Source: Peptococcaceae bacterium
Lineage (GTDB): Bacteria; Bacillota; Peptococcia; Peptococcales; BICA1-8
DNA: 64,000 nt
Direction: 5' to 3'
Assembly (NCBI GenBank): GCA_049366715.1
Contig: JBMNCQ010000059.1
Coordinates: 113,607-177,606 of the forward strand
The translations under genes were made by a program, and so were the position numbers. The notes under the pieces are model-generated. The model saw only the letters and a program-made list of their open reading frames with translations. It was not told where the DNA came from and made no database searches. The stretch's first letter is position 1, and each line of letters begins with the position of its first letter. Below, one piece after another: positions 62,487 to 64,000 of the stretch.

Positions 62487-63464
62487 ATGAAAATTTTGAA
62501 TATGGCCCGTGGTGCTAATATGCTCATTAATCAGGTTTTGGAAGTAAAAAAAGGTGAGACCGTGCTTATTGTTACCGACACCGACCGGCCCCGGATCATC
62601 ACGGAGGCTCTGGCTTACAGTGCAGAATCCGCCGGTGCCGTAGTCACGGTGATTATTATGAAGCCCCAGAGCATCGGCGGGGAAGAACCCCCGAGCCCCG
62701 TTGCCGCAGCCATGGCGAATTCCCAGATTGTGATTAATCAGGCTACTTTCAGCCTTACTCATACCGATGCAGCACGGCAGGCCAGGAAAAATGGTGCCAG
62801 AATAGCAAATCTGCGGAATTTTACCGAAGATATGATGGTTAACGGCGGGATTAATGCCGACTATGACCAAGTGGGGAGAATTAGTGAGCAGTTAGCTCAA
62901 TTATTGACCAAAGCGGATGAAATCAGGCTGACAACCCCCGAGGGGACCGATCTGATCATGAAATCTGCGGGGAGAGAGGCTATTGCTCAGACGGGTATGG
63001 TGAAAGAAAGCGGGCAAATTTCGGGACTGCCTGACGGTGAATCTACCTTGGCACCTTTAGAGGGAACTACTGAAGGAGTGATCGTTGCTCCTTATATCGC
63101 CGATATTCTGGGGGAAATCACCGAGCCGTTCCGGATGCAGGTCACAAAGGGCCGGATTGTGGAGATTCAAGGGGGATTGCAGGCTTTAAAGCTGCGAGAG
63201 CTGTTAAAAAAACATGATGACAACGGTTATAATGCTGCTTCCCAGTTTGCCCTGGGTACGAATCCGGCTTGCCGGGTCATTCCCAACACCCGGGAAGTTT
63301 CCAAAAAACTTGGTACAGCCCATATTGCAATCGGCGATAATCGAAGTTTAGGAGGAAATAGTCCCAGTTCTTTTCATATCGATTTTGTATTTCTGAAACC
63401 CAGTGTTTATTTAGACGGGCGTTGTATTATAGAAAACGGGGAATGTCTCCTTGATTTTGCATAA
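62487..63464 (+). CDS. M29 aminopeptidase-T / NicX-like metalloenzyme, paralog 2
   Basis: LEVKKGETVLIVTD, GLPDGESTLAPLEG, FALGTN, KKLGTAHIAIGD, and SSFHID. Confidence 0.7.
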   Translation: MKILNMARGANMLINQVLEVKKGETVLIVTDTDRPRIITEALAYSAESAGAVVTVIIMKPQSIGGEEPPSPVAAAMANSQIVINQATFSLTHTDAARQARKNGARIANLRNFTEDMMVNGGINADYDQVGRISEQLAQLLTKADEIRLTTPEGTDLIMKSAGREAIAQTGMVKESGQISGLPDGESTLAPLEGTTEGVIVAPYIADILGEITEPFRMQVTKGRIVEIQGGLQALKLRELLKKHDDNGYNAASQFALGTNPACRVIPNTREVSKKLGTAHIAIGDNRSLGGNSPSSFHIDFVFLKPSVYLDGRCIIENGECLLDFA

Positions 63465-63568
63465 TATTTTGGTTAAACGCATAAAAGTTTTACCCTGGAG
63501 TAAATTAAAGGAAAATATTTTGTTTTAGAGAATTCATAACATAAAAGTTTTTCCGGAGGTAAAATTTG

Positions 63569-64000
63569 ATGACTGGGAAAAAGATCGTCTATTTCATGGC
63601 AACCAATGATTTTTCCTGTGAAGTTGTGAAGCAACAGTTGGAACAGTATCTGGGAAATTATATTGAGGTTAAAACCTGGCATTTCCGAAATGCGGTTAAT
63701 GTGCCTACGGACCTGAAGTGTGACTTGTGTCTTGCTTCCGGTCCGGCCTTATATGACAAAATAAAAGAAATTCTTCCAGCAGACACAAAAGTTCTGATTG
63801 CCAATCGTACTCTGGAAATTGATAATTTGGATGAGCTTTTGACACTTAAAGAAGGTACAGAAGTTTTGGTCGTGAGTTCCTGGGAGGAAACTGCAAATGA
63901 AAAAATAACCCTGCTTAATAAACTGGGCTTTGGTAATTTGATTTTTTATCCTTACTGGCGGGGATTGAAAAGCTATCCCAAGCATATTAAATATGCGATT
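63569..64000 (+). CDS. Partial ORF (N-terminal 144 aa) running off the right edge; possibly the sensory N-terminus of a transcriptional activator
   Basis: ATG at 63569, 9 nt after GGAGG, stays open to the window end (MTGKKIVYFMATNDFSCEVVKQQLEQYLGNYIEVKTW...). It is not in the track because no stop is present. The function is a guess from context only. Confidence 0.4.
   Translation, partial: MTGKKIVYFMATNDFSCEVVKQQLEQYLGNYIEVKTWHFRNAVNVPTDLKCDLCLASGPALYDKIKEILPADTKVLIANRTLEIDNLDELLTLKEGTEVLVVSSWEETANEKITLLNKLGFGNLIFYPYWRGLKSYPKHIKYAI

Overview
The window looks like a low-GC (by eye ~40 %) chromosome segment from a spore-forming, anaerobic Firmicutes/Clostridia-type organism. Lineage markers are prkA-yhbH-spoVR, mecA, niaR, rubrerythrin, small ferredoxins and a cytochrome c maturation operon; the taxon itself is inference only. 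Layout: (i) 1-8.2 kb holds a spermidine-synthase-like membrane protein, lgt, a stand-alone two-CW protein, and a variant System I cytochrome c maturation operon (Cys-type CcmE, CcmF, and a CcmH-like protein with CX3C). (ii) 8.3-17 kb holds a rhodanese-like gene, a methyltransferase, lemA-TPM, a tauE-lipoprotein-ccdA operon and a SHOCT gene followed by a ResD/ResE-like two-component system. Five promoter regions in the first 15 kb share 11-bp-phased TTCACA direct repeats. (iii) 17-22.8 kb holds arsR-arsC, rubrerythrin, two GNAT-fold proteins, then a repeat-rich scar: three copies of a ~200-bp element with terminal inverted repeats, a 269-bp tandem duplication that copies a gene's 3' end, and a frameshifted RHS-core remnant. 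(iv) 22.9-38.5 kb is housekeeping: prkA-yhbH-spoVR, ttcA-like, niaR, mecA, nth, folD, glycerate kinase and tRNA-Pro(CGG). (v) 38.7-64 kb is a dense organic-acid catabolic island. It carries two TctCBA tripartite tricarboxylate transporters, a DASS permease, Ldh_2, FAH, DapA-like, PrpD-like and ICDH/IPMDH-like enzymes, a LeuCD-like dehydratase, an enoate-reductase-type flavoenzyme, two M29/NicX-like proteins, a GntR regulator and three textbook sigma-54 promoters. The most interesting signal lies in this island: three paralogous, apparently translationally coupled gene pairs. Each pair is a 2x[4Fe-4S]-ferredoxin-fused ~243-aa protein plus a ~212-aa protein that starts MTHSLHR and has conserved MCGH and CxCG motifs. 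I cannot assign either protein to a characterised family. All homology calls come from reading the translations by eye; no database search was run.
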